From Chiloscyllium plagiosum (lineage: Eukaryota): a stretch of DNA of 64,000 bases. The position numbers and the translations under genes are program-made. The notes below the pieces were generated by a model that worked only from the letters and a program-made list of their open reading frames with translations, had not been told where the DNA came from and made no database searches. Numbering within the stretch: position 1 is the first letter of the stretch; each line of letters opens with the position of its first letter. The stretch spans positions 64,021,110 through 64,085,109 of the forward strand of contig NC_057718.1 in the NCBI RefSeq assembly GCF_004010195.1, given 5' to 3'. Shown here piece by piece: positions 63,121-64,000 of the stretch.

Positions 63121-63814
63121 TGATATGGGGGTGGGGAAGAGACAGCAGGCTAAGAAATAATTGGAGTGGCTGGAGATCTTTCTGAATAATATTACTGGCA
63201 TTGATCAGTTAGCATGACCTGATTTATGCTGCTACTTTTGTATTATGTTGACTTGAGCTGTGAAGAAGTCCCAGCATTCCAGTTTATTGCTTTATCATTT
63301 GCAAATTCAGATTGTGTCATGAGTGTAAATTTGCCTGGTAACTGTACTTGTGTTAAAGTTCTTTCAGTAATTGTGGGGACTTCTGTGATAGTAAATTAAA
63401 TTATGTGAGCATATAACATAACTTTTTCCAATACTCTGATAGTTAATTTTCTTTAGTATGTTGATATCAGTACTTGACGCACCCTGTGACTCTGGTAAAT
63501 AGAAAGTTGAAATGTACTGTACCTGTCTTTAGGGAGGATTTAAAAGATTGCATCCTGTACCTTCTTGCTCTTAGCTGTGGGACACTCCAGGGCCGAGATA
63601 TGATGGAGATTTCTTTGTGACACTTCATTGTTTATTCCTGCTCTTCCAATATTGGTCTCTTCAAGATGCTTAAAAATAAAGTCTGATTTTTAAAGCTAGG
63701 CAGCCATTTCAGCCAATAATTCTGACATACATTTCAATTCAAAAGGTTTACTGTAGAGCAGATTCATCCAACTAACTATTCCAGCATCCTCCTTTCATAT
63801 ATTGTTTGTTATCA

Positions 63815-64000
63815 TTGAGTCATAGGGTTATACAGAAATTACCATTTGGTTCAACTCCTTCATCCTGACCAAGCATCCTAAACTGGTCTAGTCTTATTTG
63901 CTTGCATTTGGCTTATATACCTCTAAACCCTTCGTATTCATGTACCCATTCAAATGTGTTTTAAATGGTGTAATTGTACCTACCTTCACCACTTCCTCTG
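63815..64000 (-). mobile_element. CR1 LINE 3' end
   Basis: Similar to 6190-6380. Confidence 0.7.

Overview
Vertebrate genomic DNA, inferred to be from an elasmobranch (shark) because of its HE1-like SINEs, CR1-type LINEs and Deu-domain SINE. The one clearly identifiable gene is Brachyury (tbxt/T) on the minus strand. It has 8 coding exons between 44042 and 38448, all with GT-AG introns and consistent phases, giving a 434-aa protein. It lies in a relatively repeat-poor, CpG-retaining domain (~33-49.5 kb) and has a motif-rich proximal promoter. A second CpG island (~56.3-57.0 kb) holds a plausible first coding exon of an unidentified plus-strand gene. The flanks are mostly decayed transposable elements: CR1 and RTE LINEs, SINEs, a Tigger-like MITE, Harbinger-like and possibly Gypsy-like relics. 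There is also a 23-bp minisatellite and an 812-bp assembly gap. The most striking non-genic signal is a set of Penelope-like (PLE) insertions, many reduced to 75-250-bp units (often fold-back) bounded by 12-17-bp target-site duplications. Their terminal repeats carry minimal hammerhead-ribozyme cores (CUGANGA...GAAA..UH). One intact core lies antisense inside tbxt intron 7. All calls were made by eye with no database searches, and repeat boundaries are approximate.
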